This document shows positions 37,692-48,121 of a stretch of 64,000 nt of DNA, one piece after another. Below the pieces are notes generated by a model. That model made no database searches. It was not told the origin of the DNA and saw only the letters and a program-made list of their open reading frames with translations. This DNA comes from Leptolyngbyaceae cyanobacterium (GTDB taxonomy: Bacteria; Cyanobacteriota; Cyanobacteriia; Phormidesmidales; Phormidesmidaceae). The translations under genes and the position numbers were made by a program. Every line of letters begins with the position of its first letter. Position 1 is the first letter of the stretch. The stretch is from the NCBI GenBank assembly GCA_965263355.1, contig CBDHHL010000032.1, forward strand, positions 864,001 to 928,000, given 5' to 3'.

Positions 37692-39164
37692 ATGGTGCTT
37701 CAAAATGCTGCTGCAAGCAAACCATTCTCGGAAGCCAAAAATAAAACTGTCTTAAGAAAGATTGTTGATATATATTTTCGCAAAGACCTCATTGATGGTA
37801 TTCTCGAAAAGTTTGAGTATGCTTTCGTTTTTATTTCGTTCTTTCTCTACACAGATGCAGTTTTAATCGTTATCCTGAGTGGCGGAGCTAGCGAAGGAGA
37901 TGGATTTGACTATGGATCAGTCAACTTTGCGCCTGTTCAGCTATTTTATGTTGCTAATCTCGGGCTTACACTTCTTTTCTTGGCCTGTAGATATAAACGT
38001 ACGATCTATGTGCTACTCAGCAATCCATTGATGCTTGCCACCAGCACGCTGATTGCTCTGTCATTTTTATGGTCAGCCTCCCCTGATGATTCATTTACCG
38101 GAGGGATATTTGCGACCTGTAATATGCTGTTTGCTGTGTATGTATCGGGACGATTCACCCTAAAGCAACAGCTCACCATACTCGGCTATGTCATGCTGAG
38201 TCTTGCGATTCTGAATATTGTTTTTGTCAAAGCATTACCCCTTTACGGAGTTATGGGTCCCCCAGTTCACACGGGGGCTTGGCGAGGAGTATTCACCCAC
38301 AAAAATGGGGCTGGAAAAATGATGGTACTCGCCTGCGGTGTGATGCTTACCATGTTCAACGAGGTCAAAGACAATCGCATCAAATGGCTGTACGTAATCG
38401 GGCTATTGCTTTCCTTCTACATGATCAAGAAAACAGGATCTGGGGGGGCCTTAGTTAATTCGATGTTCATTATGATGATTGTCCTCATCACTCAAGTGTT
38501 TAAAACGGCACCGCGAAAGCTGTTTTTGGCACTTATTTTCATGACATCCTCCGCCATCTTTATCAGTGCTGCCTATGTTCCGATCATGACATTTGCTCTT
38601 GGACTAATTGGTAAGGATCCCACGTTTACAGGACGAACGGATATTTGGGAGTTTGTTTTTGAAATGATTGCCAGACGCCCTGCCCTTGGATACGGGGTTG
38701 GTGGTTTTTGGAATGGCACAGATGGACCATCTCTTTATATTATTCAACGAGCTAAGTGGATGGTGCCTGATGCTCACCAGGGTTTTCTGGATATGACCCT
38801 ACAAATTGGTGTGATTGGTACTTCCATGGTGTGCTTGGTGATGTGGCAAACCCTGCTTCGAGGCATTGCTAGAATCCGCTGGTACAGATCATGGGTAAGC
38901 TGCTTTCCAGCAGTCTACGTAATGTATATCTCCCTGATTAATTTATCGGAGTCATCGCTTTTAGCTCCCAACAGTCTCTTTTGGGTTTTGATCTGTGTGA
39001 CTAGCTTTACCACATCATTTGAGGCCAAGTACCTGATTGACTCTGATCGGTTTGGTTTAGTTGAAAACAGTAAGCTAGTAGAAAGTCCAATGATGCGAAA
39101 AATGCAGCCACCCACACCCCCCACAAATACGCCTTCACCCATAGATACATCTTCTAAAGTTTAA
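37692..39164 (+). CDS. wzy: O-antigen polymerase/ligase (Wzy/ExoQ-like)
   Basis: Polytopic; WRGVFTHKN, GKDPTFTGRTDIW and AHQGFLD. Confidence 0.88.
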   Translation: MVLQNAAASKPFSEAKNKTVLRKIVDIYFRKDLIDGILEKFEYAFVFISFFLYTDAVLIVILSGGASEGDGFDYGSVNFAPVQLFYVANLGLTLLFLACRYKRTIYVLLSNPLMLATSTLIALSFLWSASPDDSFTGGIFATCNMLFAVYVSGRFTLKQQLTILGYVMLSLAILNIVFVKALPLYGVMGPPVHTGAWRGVFTHKNGAGKMMVLACGVMLTMFNEVKDNRIKWLYVIGLLLSFYMIKKTGSGGALVNSMFIMMIVLITQVFKTAPRKLFLALIFMTSSAIFISAAYVPIMTFALGLIGKDPTFTGRTDIWEFVFEMIARRPALGYGVGGFWNGTDGPSLYIIQRAKWMVPDAHQGFLDMTLQIGVIGTSMVCLVMWQTLLRGIARIRWYRSWVSCFPAVYVMYISLINLSESSLLAPNSLFWVLICVTSFTTSFEAKYLIDSDRFGLVENSKLVESPMMRKMQPPTPPTNTPSPIDTSSKV

Positions 39165-39290
39165 TGAGTATTGCTGTTCAGCACTTTTCATCTGCTGTAG
39201 CGGATTGAGCAAACTATTTCTCACTATTATTGTTGTGCACTATATGCACAAAGCTATCTTTCTTATACGTCTTAGTTATTAATAAATGAA

Positions 39291-40604
39291 GTGGAAAAAA
39301 TTATTTCTAAAATCAGGGGGATTTTAAGCGGCTCCCTAGCTAAAGACAGCATGTGGATGTTGTCTTCCCAAGTACTGGGAATTTTTATTCAAGGTGCCTA
39401 CTTTGTTATTGTAGCTAGGGTTCTAGGCGCTGAAGCATACGGTATATTTATTGGTATTGCTTCCTTTGTCAAATTAGTTTTTCCGTTTGTTGGCCTGGGT
39501 AATGCTGACATTTTCCTTAAGCACGTTTCAAGAGATCAAAGCTTATTCAGAGGTTACTGGGGCACTACGTTACTGACTTGTTTGCTCTTCAACCTGGGCT
39601 TGATACCTCTGATGCTAGGGCTAGCAAAGTTGATTTTTAGCCCTGAAACATCGCTGCTACTGGTCTTTTTTGTATTGGTAGCAGATTTATTGGGGGGCAA
39701 GTTATGGGACCTAGCCGCTGGTGCGTTTGTTGTCTGTGATCAGTTTAAGCTGGTTGCCCAGAGTAAAATTATTTATGGTCTAGGTAAACTCATTGCAGCT
39801 TTTGGCTTATTGGTCTTCTTTGAGCATGGCAATGTTGTTGCTTGGGGTGGATTATATTGCTTAGGGTCAATTCTACCCGCCCTTTCATCGATACTGACAG
39901 TTAATAAGCTCTTTGGCAAGCCTATATTCAACCTCAGCAAGTATCCACCTGAATTTGCTGAAGGATTTTTCTTTGCCATTGCTCAGTCGGCAGAGACGGT
40001 AAATGGTCAAATTGACAGAACTATGCTGGTCAGTCTGGCTTCAGCAGAAGCCGCTGGTATTTATGCGGCAGGTTACCGGTTTATCGATGTTGGATACATC
40101 ATTATTATTGCCGTAATGAGTGCCACCTACACTCGATTCCTGCGCCATGGTGCTGGTGGCATTAAGGCTGGACTCCAATTTGCAGTAAAGTTAGTCCCTA
40201 TTTCTGTTGGCTATGGAGTAATTTCTGCTATTGCCCTGGTGAGCCTTTCTCCCTTTACAGCCACCCTCTTAGGTGAAGAGTTTGCTCGCTCAGGTGGTGT
40301 GCTGTTGTGGCTAGCGCCTATTCACCTGATTGCCACATTACAGTTCATTGCAGCTGATACTCTGACTGGTGCAGGTTTCCATAGAGTGAGAAGTGCCTTG
40401 CAAGTCACGGCTGCATTTATTAATTTTGGGGCAAACTTATACTTGATTCCTCGTTTTTCTTGGCAAGGGGCCGCTTGGGCCACCCTAACGTCCGAAACGT
40501 TTAAGCTTGTAACCCTTTGGTTGGCTGTCTTCTTTTATAACAGACGAGCAAATATTCAGGGCCAACTGGCCAATGCTGGAACTGCTGGCCCTGATACTGA
40601 TTAA
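39291..40604 (+). CDS. wzx: Oligosaccharide flippase
   Basis: ARVLGAEAYG, IDRTML...AGIYAAGYR and LIPRFSWQGAAWA. Confidence 0.9.
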   Translation: MEKIISKIRGILSGSLAKDSMWMLSSQVLGIFIQGAYFVIVARVLGAEAYGIFIGIASFVKLVFPFVGLGNADIFLKHVSRDQSLFRGYWGTTLLTCLLFNLGLIPLMLGLAKLIFSPETSLLLVFFVLVADLLGGKLWDLAAGAFVVCDQFKLVAQSKIIYGLGKLIAAFGLLVFFEHGNVVAWGGLYCLGSILPALSSILTVNKLFGKPIFNLSKYPPEFAEGFFFAIAQSAETVNGQIDRTMLVSLASAEAAGIYAAGYRFIDVGYIIIIAVMSATYTRFLRHGAGGIKAGLQFAVKLVPISVGYGVISAIALVSLSPFTATLLGEEFARSGGVLLWLAPIHLIATLQFIAADTLTGAGFHRVRSALQVTAAFINFGANLYLIPRFSWQGAAWATLTSETFKLVTLWLAVFFYNRRANIQGQLANAGTAGPDTD

Positions 40605-40606
40605 TC

Positions 40607-41695
40607 TTAGCCATGATGCCATTGCATTAACAAGGATTCCATAGTTTCCATAATTTCAATGGTTTCTGATAAAGGCATCAAATCACTTTCTAATTTACCT
40701 GTTTGAAGACACCTAACAACTTCTGTCGCCTCATAGTTATAGCCGTTGCCAGTGAGTGCTCGATGAATATTTTTGGATTTCTCTTTCCGTAACTTGACGA
40801 GAGTCTTAATCAACTGATTTTGTTTCAGCTGATTGATGGCAGATCGTTTCCAACCAGTATAAATGTTTGGCTTCTGAGATGTTACTACTATAGGTTCTTC
40901 AGAAAAACGGGTAATCGTAATATTCTCTGGTTTATAAAATGGTTCTTTAATAGTTATTTTGCCTCGAGTTCCAACAATCAAAGCTTCATTAGAGCTATAG
41001 CTACGTAAGGTAGAATGTAAAACAGCCATAGCTCCATTCTTATAGCGTAGAATTATGGCTGATTGGTCGTCTACTCCTGTTGTACCGATACAAGGATTTC
41101 CACTAATTTGACTAGGCTTGCCAAGTAGAAGAAAGGCAAGGGATAGTGGGTAAACGCCCCGATCAAGAAGGGCCCCCCCTCCTAGTTCAGGGTTAAAAAA
41201 ACGATTTTTTGGATCAAATTCCGTTGGATAACCAAATCCGGCTGTTAACAATTGGACTTCACCAATTTCACCTGATTGAATTAACTGACGTACTTCCTGG
41301 ATTAGTGGCATAAAGCGCATCCACATAGCTTCCATACAGAATACTCGCTGCTGTTTGGCTACGGTCATCACCTCCCGAGCTTCTTGCGAGGTAACTGTAA
41401 ATGGCTTCTCACAAAGTACTGCTTTTCCTGCATTAAGACATAAAATACTGTCAGCTTTATGGCGTGTTTGAGGAGTTGCAATATAAACAACATCGATGTC
41501 TGGGTCCTGTACTAGCTCGTCATAGCTGCCATAGGCTTTATGGGCACTAAATATGTTTGCTAATTCCTGTGCCTTACCAAGTGTCCTAGAGCCAATGGCC
41601 CATAATTGAGCATCAGTAACAGATTGAAGACCTTCGATAAATTGCATGGCTACTGTACCAGTACCCAATATTCCCCAACGAATCACATTACTCAT
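40607..41695 (-). CDS. Gfo/Idh/MocA family oxidoreductase
   Basis: WGILGTG, VLCEKP, MEAMW and GGGALLD. Confidence 0.92.
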   Translation of the reverse strand: MSNVIRWGILGTGTVAMQFIEGLQSVTDAQLWAIGSRTLGKAQELANIFSAHKAYGSYDELVQDPDIDVVYIATPQTRHKADSILCLNAGKAVLCEKPFTVTSQEAREVMTVAKQQRVFCMEAMWMRFMPLIQEVRQLIQSGEIGEVQLLTAGFGYPTEFDPKNRFFNPELGGGALLDRGVYPLSLAFLLLGKPSQISGNPCIGTTGVDDQSAIILRYKNGAMAVLHSTLRSYSSNEALIVGTRGKITIKEPFYKPENITITRFSEEPIVVTSQKPNIYTGWKRSAINQLKQNQLIKTLVKLRKEKSKNIHRALTGNGYNYEATEVVRCLQTGKLESDLMPLSETIEIMETMESLLMQWHHG

Positions 41696-42001
41696 AACTT
41701 ATATAAATATAGTGTTTGTTTAGATTGAGTTTGTAGTCGAGTAAATCTATATCAGCATCATTACTCTTTGAATAAGTTAGCTCACAAGACCCAGTAAATG
41801 ACTATTGCATCAATAGTATTTATCAATAAAAAGTACAATTCTAATACTTTTATTTGTAATGACCTTTGATTTGTCAGGTTCTGTGTGAATTAACCACAGT
41901 GCTTAAGAGAAGTTTATCTTATTTTTTTGGGAATCTTAGTTTAAGGAGCGATTTATTTCTTTCAGCTCTGTTAAGGCTCATAACCTTATAGAACGATAAG
42001 T

Positions 42002-42137
42002 CTAGTGTATCGTCAAAGCTAAAATTTCAGGTTGGTTACTGATAAAGAGTGAAGGGTAAATAGCAACTCTTCATTCCTTTAAACTCCTTTACTCTTTACG
42101 AGTCTTACCCAAATTTTTAGTCTTGACAGACCACTAG
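42002..42137. mobile_element. MITE-like element with CTAG ends and about 26-bp imperfect TIRs
   Basis: Left end CTAGTGTATCGTCAAAGCTAAAATTT versus reverse complement of the right end CTAGTGGTCTGTCAAGACTAAAAATTT. Confidence 0.65.
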
Positions 42138-42364
42138 ACATAATTTCTGTACAGAGAAACTTTATATGAGTGAGTTCGTCTACAGATGTGTTGCTGGGGC
42201 AAATTACTGAATCCATATTTGTATGGCTTAAATGAGTTCTCGCGACTGTCCGATAGTTTTAATTGTTCTCCTAATGTTTTCCAGATAAAACATTAGTTCT
42301 GATTTTTGTGCGTGTTATCTAAAAGCTTCAATGGTGCAGCTCTGTTAGGTTGAAGGATTAATCT

Positions 42365-43345
42365 ATGAATAATTTACTAGAACGTGATATCTACGATATT
42401 AATGAAGATAACGCTGCAGAACTGTTTGCCCAGCAAGCTAATGCACCTGCACCTGAGCTAGGAAATTTCTCTGGCAGAGGGTTTGTGCTCTGCGCAGGAG
42501 GCCCCTATTTGGAGAGTGCGTATGTTGTGGTTCGTCTCCTGCGTCATTACGGTGCAACGTTGCCGATTGAAGTTTGGCACGCCGGGGAAGATGAGATTCC
42601 TGCTTGGGCAAGACCTGCATTTGTAGAACATGGTGTCACCCTTCACGACATCATGGATTACTGCCAAAATCGGCCCCTCAAACAGATGCGCGGTTTTCCA
42701 ATCAAAACAGCGGCAATCCTCAACACCCGCTTGCGCGAGGTGATGTTTATTGATGCCGACTGTTTCCCCGTTCGCAATCTGGAATTTCTATTTGAGACGC
42801 AAGAATTTAAAGACAATAAGGCAATCTTTTTCCCCGATTACCAGCGTCACTTACTTTTGCCAGATAAACCCGTCTGGGACCACGTAGATATGCCCTACAA
42901 AGGAGATACAGAATTCGAAACGGGTCTACTGTTGTTTGATAAGATTGCCTGCTGGAAAGCTCTCAATCTTGCAGAGTGGATGAATCTTGGGTCAGAGTTT
43001 TGGTATCAGCATGCTATGGGAGACAAAGATACGTTCTATTTAGCCTGGAGAAAAGTCAATCAATCTTATTTCTTAGCACCGGATTGCGTCCGCATTCCCA
43101 CGGTTCTTAGCCGACATTATTGGACAGGGAAAAAGCATTTGGCTGACCACCGCACAGGAACTTCAAAGTATACAGTGCCTTACAAAAAAGGCATCTTTAA
43201 AAGTTACCTAGCTCCCTACAAGGGACGTCCTCTCTATAAGGATTTTATTGACGAGTTTTTACAACGATTTGTCAATAGCAACTATAGTTTACACACCCAG
43301 TTCCTAGACAATCTGAAAATTTATAAAGACGCTTCTGAAGCTTAG
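42365..43345 (+). CDS. GT71 / Mnn2-like alpha-mannosyltransferase
   Basis: LPIEVW, GFPIKTAAIL...EVMFIDADCFP, IFFPD, FETGLLLFDK and GDKDTF match the Mannosyl_trans3 pattern. Confidence 0.75.
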   Translation: MNNLLERDIYDINEDNAAELFAQQANAPAPELGNFSGRGFVLCAGGPYLESAYVVVRLLRHYGATLPIEVWHAGEDEIPAWARPAFVEHGVTLHDIMDYCQNRPLKQMRGFPIKTAAILNTRLREVMFIDADCFPVRNLEFLFETQEFKDNKAIFFPDYQRHLLLPDKPVWDHVDMPYKGDTEFETGLLLFDKIACWKALNLAEWMNLGSEFWYQHAMGDKDTFYLAWRKVNQSYFLAPDCVRIPTVLSRHYWTGKKHLADHRTGTSKYTVPYKKGIFKSYLAPYKGRPLYKDFIDEFLQRFVNSNYSLHTQFLDNLKIYKDASEA

Positions 43346-43653
43346 TACTCAGTCTTGAGTGAACCCTCTTCACGTCTAAAACGGTCATTTTTTCGAGACC
43401 CAAAGGTTTCAACTTGGACGTGGTTTAGCTCAGGAACCTCTGTGGAGAATACTTGAGCGATAAAGCCATTTCAGCTGCAGGAACAATTTACCTGATTTTG
43501 ATTCATGACTGTAGGTGGGGCATCCTAGAGACGCACTTTACTGTGTCTATTTTTAGTTAGCCATTAATTGCAATATACTTTTCAGCTTGGATCATACTGA
43601 AGCTGGCTTAGGTCAGCCACCATTCAATCTCCAACTATTACTTAAATTTAAAG

Positions 43654-44640
43654 ATGCAGGCAATTTCCAACCAACCAACCAATGGAAAGAATAATCTCAG
43701 CACATCCACAAAACTGATGAAGATTTCAGTGTGTGCTGCAACTTACAAGCGACCTGAATTATTACATAAGTTACTAGAATCTCTGAATGACCTGACGTTT
43801 ACCCGCCTTCCCACACCTACTATCGAAGTCATCATTGTTGATAATGACTCTACAGGGTCAGCCGAGGAGACTGTTAAATCAATGCAATCTTCTTTTAAGT
43901 GGCCCTTAAGGTATGTCGTAGAAACTAATCAGGGTGTTACCTATGCTCGCAATCGCTGCATCAGTGAAGCCTCTAAAGAGTCAGATTTCATCGCGATGCT
44001 TGATGATGATGAAACGGCGACTCCCAAGTGGCTGGAGGAACTCTTATTGAGTCAGGAAAAATTCGATGCTGAAATTGTTTCAGGACCTGTTCTAGCTGTT
44101 TACAGTGAAGGACAAGAAGTCCCTGGTTGGATTAAGGCTGGTGACTTTTACTCATTTCCTCGATATAAGACTGGTCGGGAAATGGAGGTTGCTTTTACAG
44201 GCAACGTTATGTTTAGCACTAAACTTTTGAACAATCTCAAAGAAGGTGAGACCTTTTTTAACCATCGCTTTGCCCACAAAGGCGCAGAAGATGTTTATTG
44301 CTTTTCAAGCTTGCATAAAGCGGGTCATAAGATTGTTTGGGCTGATGATGCCGTTCTGTATGAGCCCATTGCCGATCAACGCCTGTCGCTGAAATGGATT
44401 TTGAACCGAGGATTTTGGGCGTGGAGTGTCCATAGCCTGATTGAGAAAGAACTTTATCCATCAATCAGAATTCAAGCTAGTCGAGCCCTTAAGGGTCTAG
44501 GGTTAATTGTGATAGGAACCCTATCTGTTGGACCATCATTACTTTTGGGCAGACATAAAGCTGCTAAGGCCCTAGTAAAAGTATATAAAGGCATGGGTAC
44601 AATTTCTGGACTATTGGGACGCCAGGGTAATTGGCAATAA
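43654..44640 (+). CDS. Glycosyltransferase family 2 (ExoM-like)
   Basis: ATYKRP, IIVDND, ARNR, AMLDDDE and GAED. Confidence 0.9.
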   Translation: MQAISNQPTNGKNNLSTSTKLMKISVCAATYKRPELLHKLLESLNDLTFTRLPTPTIEVIIVDNDSTGSAEETVKSMQSSFKWPLRYVVETNQGVTYARNRCISEASKESDFIAMLDDDETATPKWLEELLLSQEKFDAEIVSGPVLAVYSEGQEVPGWIKAGDFYSFPRYKTGREMEVAFTGNVMFSTKLLNNLKEGETFFNHRFAHKGAEDVYCFSSLHKAGHKIVWADDAVLYEPIADQRLSLKWILNRGFWAWSVHSLIEKELYPSIRIQASRALKGLGLIVIGTLSVGPSLLLGRHKAAKALVKVYKGMGTISGLLGRQGNWQ

Positions 44641-44737
44641 CAGATGGCCAACATTTTCTCAGGCAATGTCTGCACGCTTGTGATTATGTTATTTTTTTTT
44701 AGAATGCCCTTAGTATTACAACGTATATAAATCTCCT

Positions 44738-46621
44738 ATGGCAAACTCTATATTTACTAAGCCCAGTAAACTGTGCTCAAAAATTTTCAGAAAGTTGCCA
44801 GGGATAGCGGGTGCTGTTCTTTTAGCAGCTAGCACCTTGAGTTGCTCAGTGGGGGGAGAGGAAACTAAAGAGATTGAAATTCCAGATTTTAAGATTCTGG
44901 TAGATCAGTTTGGCTATCGTCCTCAAGACCCTAAAGTAGCTGTTGTTGTCTCTGAAGTAGATAGCAATCAACCCTATGAGTTGAGAAATGTAGAAACCGA
45001 TGCGGTTATAGAGGTCATCGAACCAATACAGTGGGCTGATGGAGCTATTCATTCACAATCAGGTGTGAAAGCACTATGGATTGATTTTTCAGAAGTGGAA
45101 GAGCCTGGCAACTATGTTATTGTTCGTCAGGATGGTGAAACTCGTTCAGCTGAATTCGAGATTAACAAAGACGTCTACAAAGATGTTTTAGTTGCTGCCA
45201 CTAAAATGTTTTTCTATCAGCGCAGTGGATATCCAAAAACAAAACCCTTTGCAGATGAGCGTTGGACTGACGGAGCAAGTTATATCGGCACTGGACAAGA
45301 TACCCAGGCTCGATATGTCAAAGAAAAGGAGAATCCCCTTTCTGAAAGAGTAATGCATGGTGGTTGGTTCGACGCAGGGGACACCAACAAATATGTGACC
45401 TATGCGCTTCAACCGATGCACCAATTGCTTAGTGCCTACGGCCAAAATCCAGAAATCTGGACGGATGATTTCAATATTCCAGAATCGGGTAACGGGATTC
45501 CCGATTTGTTGGACGAGATCAAGTTTGAATTGGATTGGCTAATTCGAATGCAGGATAGTGATGGGGGTGCATTTATCAAGCTAGGGACGTTGGATTATGA
45601 TCCGCCTAACACGATTCCCAGTAAGGATACTCGACCTCGATATTATGGCCCTAAGTGCTCATCCTCGACAATTACTCTCGCTAGTGTTTTTGCCCATGCT
45701 GCCGTAGAAATGCGGAATATTCCTGGACTAGAAGACTATGCGACTGAGTTGACATCACGGGCGAGGCAAGCGTGGGACTGGTTTCAGAGCAATCCAGTAG
45801 ATACAGACTGTGATGATGGCGAAATCAAGTCCGGTGATGCCGATATGATTGAAGATGCCCAGATGGGGACAACCGTCAGTGCAGCCGTTTATCTTTTTGC
45901 AGCAACAGGCGATCCTCAATATTCGCAATATGTTGCTGACAATCTTAGTCTTGCTCAGCCCTATAGAGATGGTCCTTGGTCTCGCTATGATCCCTGGCAA
46001 GGAGATGCCCTGATCTTTTATTCTCAATTACCTGATGGTGACAGCACAGTAAAAGAGAAGATTCTAACGGACTTGGAGAGCACGTTGCTGAACCAGCATC
46101 CAGACGCCTATGGCAATGATGATTCGCTTGATCCATTTCGGTCTTATATGCCCGATGAACAATATCACTGGGGCAGCAACATGATCAAGTCAAACTACGG
46201 AAGTATGAACTACGATCCTGTGATGCTGGGCATTCATGAAGCTGAACACCAGGCTTATGTAGAAAGAGCTTTGGGAGCCGTTAACTATATCCATGGGGTT
46301 AATCCATTGGGTCTGGTATATCTCACCAACATGTATGAGTATGGTGCAGAGTCTTCAGCCAACGAGATGTACCATCAGTGGCTGGGCGTAGATGACTATC
46401 AGAATGCCTTAACATCTAAGCGGGGGCCTGCGCCTGGCTTTTTAACGGGTGGTCCCAATCAGTTTTATGCCGGAGATGCTGCCCTTAAGGGAGGTCCTCC
46501 TATGAAAGTCTACGTTGACAAAGCAGCTCAAGAGGTTGCAGCCTGGGAAATTACAGAGCCTGCTATCTACTACCAGTCTGCGTATATTAAATTGTTATCT
46601 AAGTTTGTCACCGCAGAATAG
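44738..46621 (+). CDS. Glycoside hydrolase family 9 endoglucanase with N-terminal Ig-like domain, probable lipoprotein
   Basis: TLSC lipobox, VDQFGY, FYQRSG, GGWFDAGDTNKY, HGVNP and EITEPAIYYQ. Confidence 0.9.
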   Translation: MANSIFTKPSKLCSKIFRKLPGIAGAVLLAASTLSCSVGGEETKEIEIPDFKILVDQFGYRPQDPKVAVVVSEVDSNQPYELRNVETDAVIEVIEPIQWADGAIHSQSGVKALWIDFSEVEEPGNYVIVRQDGETRSAEFEINKDVYKDVLVAATKMFFYQRSGYPKTKPFADERWTDGASYIGTGQDTQARYVKEKENPLSERVMHGGWFDAGDTNKYVTYALQPMHQLLSAYGQNPEIWTDDFNIPESGNGIPDLLDEIKFELDWLIRMQDSDGGAFIKLGTLDYDPPNTIPSKDTRPRYYGPKCSSSTITLASVFAHAAVEMRNIPGLEDYATELTSRARQAWDWFQSNPVDTDCDDGEIKSGDADMIEDAQMGTTVSAAVYLFAATGDPQYSQYVADNLSLAQPYRDGPWSRYDPWQGDALIFYSQLPDGDSTVKEKILTDLESTLLNQHPDAYGNDDSLDPFRSYMPDEQYHWGSNMIKSNYGSMNYDPVMLGIHEAEHQAYVERALGAVNYIHGVNPLGLVYLTNMYEYGAESSANEMYHQWLGVDDYQNALTSKRGPAPGFLTGGPNQFYAGDAALKGGPPMKVYVDKAAQEVAAWEITEPAIYYQSAYIKLLSKFVTAE

Positions 46622-46732
46622 ACATAGGCCATACTTTGCAGTATGGTCGCCAAAATTTTCTATTCAGGGAACTCTATCACTCAAACCGTTCAATAGTAAC
46701 GTCCTATTTTTTAATCCTTATTAGTTTTACCT

Positions 46733-47863
46733 ATGAACATTGCCATTGTCGGGTGCGGCTTTGTTGCTGACTACTACCTTAAGACTCTTCCACTGCATCC
46801 AGAACTTAAGCTAATTGGAGTGATGGATAAAAATCTGGCACGGGCTCAGAAGTTAGCTGACGTATACTCCATCAAGAAAGTTTATGAGACTTTTGACGAA
46901 CTGTTAAAAGACAGTTCTATTGATATTGTTCTGAATCTAACTAATCCTCGCAACCACTATGAGGTGTCTAAAGCCTGTTTGGAATGTTATAAGCATGTTT
47001 ATTCTGAAAAGCCTTTAGCCACCACTATTCCTGAGGCGAAAGAGCTGGTGGAACTTGCCAAAAGTAGAGGTCTGCACATTTCGTCTGCGCCGTGTAATGT
47101 TCTAAGTGAATCGGCCCAAACCCTTTGGAAAGCCCTTAGGGACAATGTTGCCGGTAAAGTCCGGCTAGTCTATGCCGAAATGGATGATGGCCTAGTGCAC
47201 AAAATGCCCTACACGCTTTGGCTGAGTGAATCTGGCATTCCGTGGCCTTACAAAGATGAATTTGAAGTAGGCTGCACCCTTGAACATGCCGGGTATTATG
47301 TAACCTGGTTAACCACCTTTTTTGGTCCTGCAACTACAGTGACTGCATTCTCATCTTGTCTCGTCCCTGATAAAGAGACCGATGTCTCTCTAGACCCTAA
47401 TGATACTCCTGATTTTTCAGTAGCTTGTATCAAGTTTGAATCAGGCGTAGTTGCCCGCCTAACCTGTGGCATTATTGCTCCCCACGATCATGAATTTAAG
47501 GTGATTGGAGATAAAGGAGTTCTCAGCACCCATGACTGTTGGTTTTATGAGAGCCCTGTAAAATTCCAAAAAATGATGAAAATCCGACGTAAGGTCTTCA
47601 TGAGTCCCTTTAAACAGACGATTCCTATGGTCAAAAAGCCACCTAAATTTAAGTCCAAGGGAGCTAATCATATGGACTTTGCCAGGGGTGTGGCTGAACT
47701 GGCTGCAGCTATAAGAGTTCAGCGACCTGGACGTCTATCCGCTGATTTTTCTCTACACAATAACGAGTTAGTTTTAGCTATCCAAAACAGTCTAGATAGT
47801 GAAGGTGTCTATAAAATGACGACAACATTTGATGAGGTTCAACCAATGCCCTGGGCTACATAA
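46733..47863 (+). CDS. Gfo/Idh/MocA family oxidoreductase
   Basis: IVGCGFVA and HVYSEKP. Confidence 0.9.
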   Translation: MNIAIVGCGFVADYYLKTLPLHPELKLIGVMDKNLARAQKLADVYSIKKVYETFDELLKDSSIDIVLNLTNPRNHYEVSKACLECYKHVYSEKPLATTIPEAKELVELAKSRGLHISSAPCNVLSESAQTLWKALRDNVAGKVRLVYAEMDDGLVHKMPYTLWLSESGIPWPYKDEFEVGCTLEHAGYYVTWLTTFFGPATTVTAFSSCLVPDKETDVSLDPNDTPDFSVACIKFESGVVARLTCGIIAPHDHEFKVIGDKGVLSTHDCWFYESPVKFQKMMKIRRKVFMSPFKQTIPMVKKPPKFKSKGANHMDFARGVAELAAAIRVQRPGRLSADFSLHNNELVLAIQNSLDSEGVYKMTTTFDEVQPMPWAT

Positions 47864-48121
47864 TAGTTGCAATAAGCAAGCACATGTTGCCAGTCAACCA
47901 AGTGAAACGACTTTCAGATTATTCTAATTTCAACTAGATTTGAATAGAGTGAAGTCTCTAGCTAAGCATTTATGTTTGTTGCCGTAGCAAGATATATCTA
48001 CTGAAAGGTAATGTAGGTCTTATATAAACCTTGTCCACATCCAGGATTGGGGTTCTTCCGGTGAAGAATCTACATGTTTCAACTTGGAAGTGGTTTGAAT
48101 ATGTTCTAGGATAACTAACTC

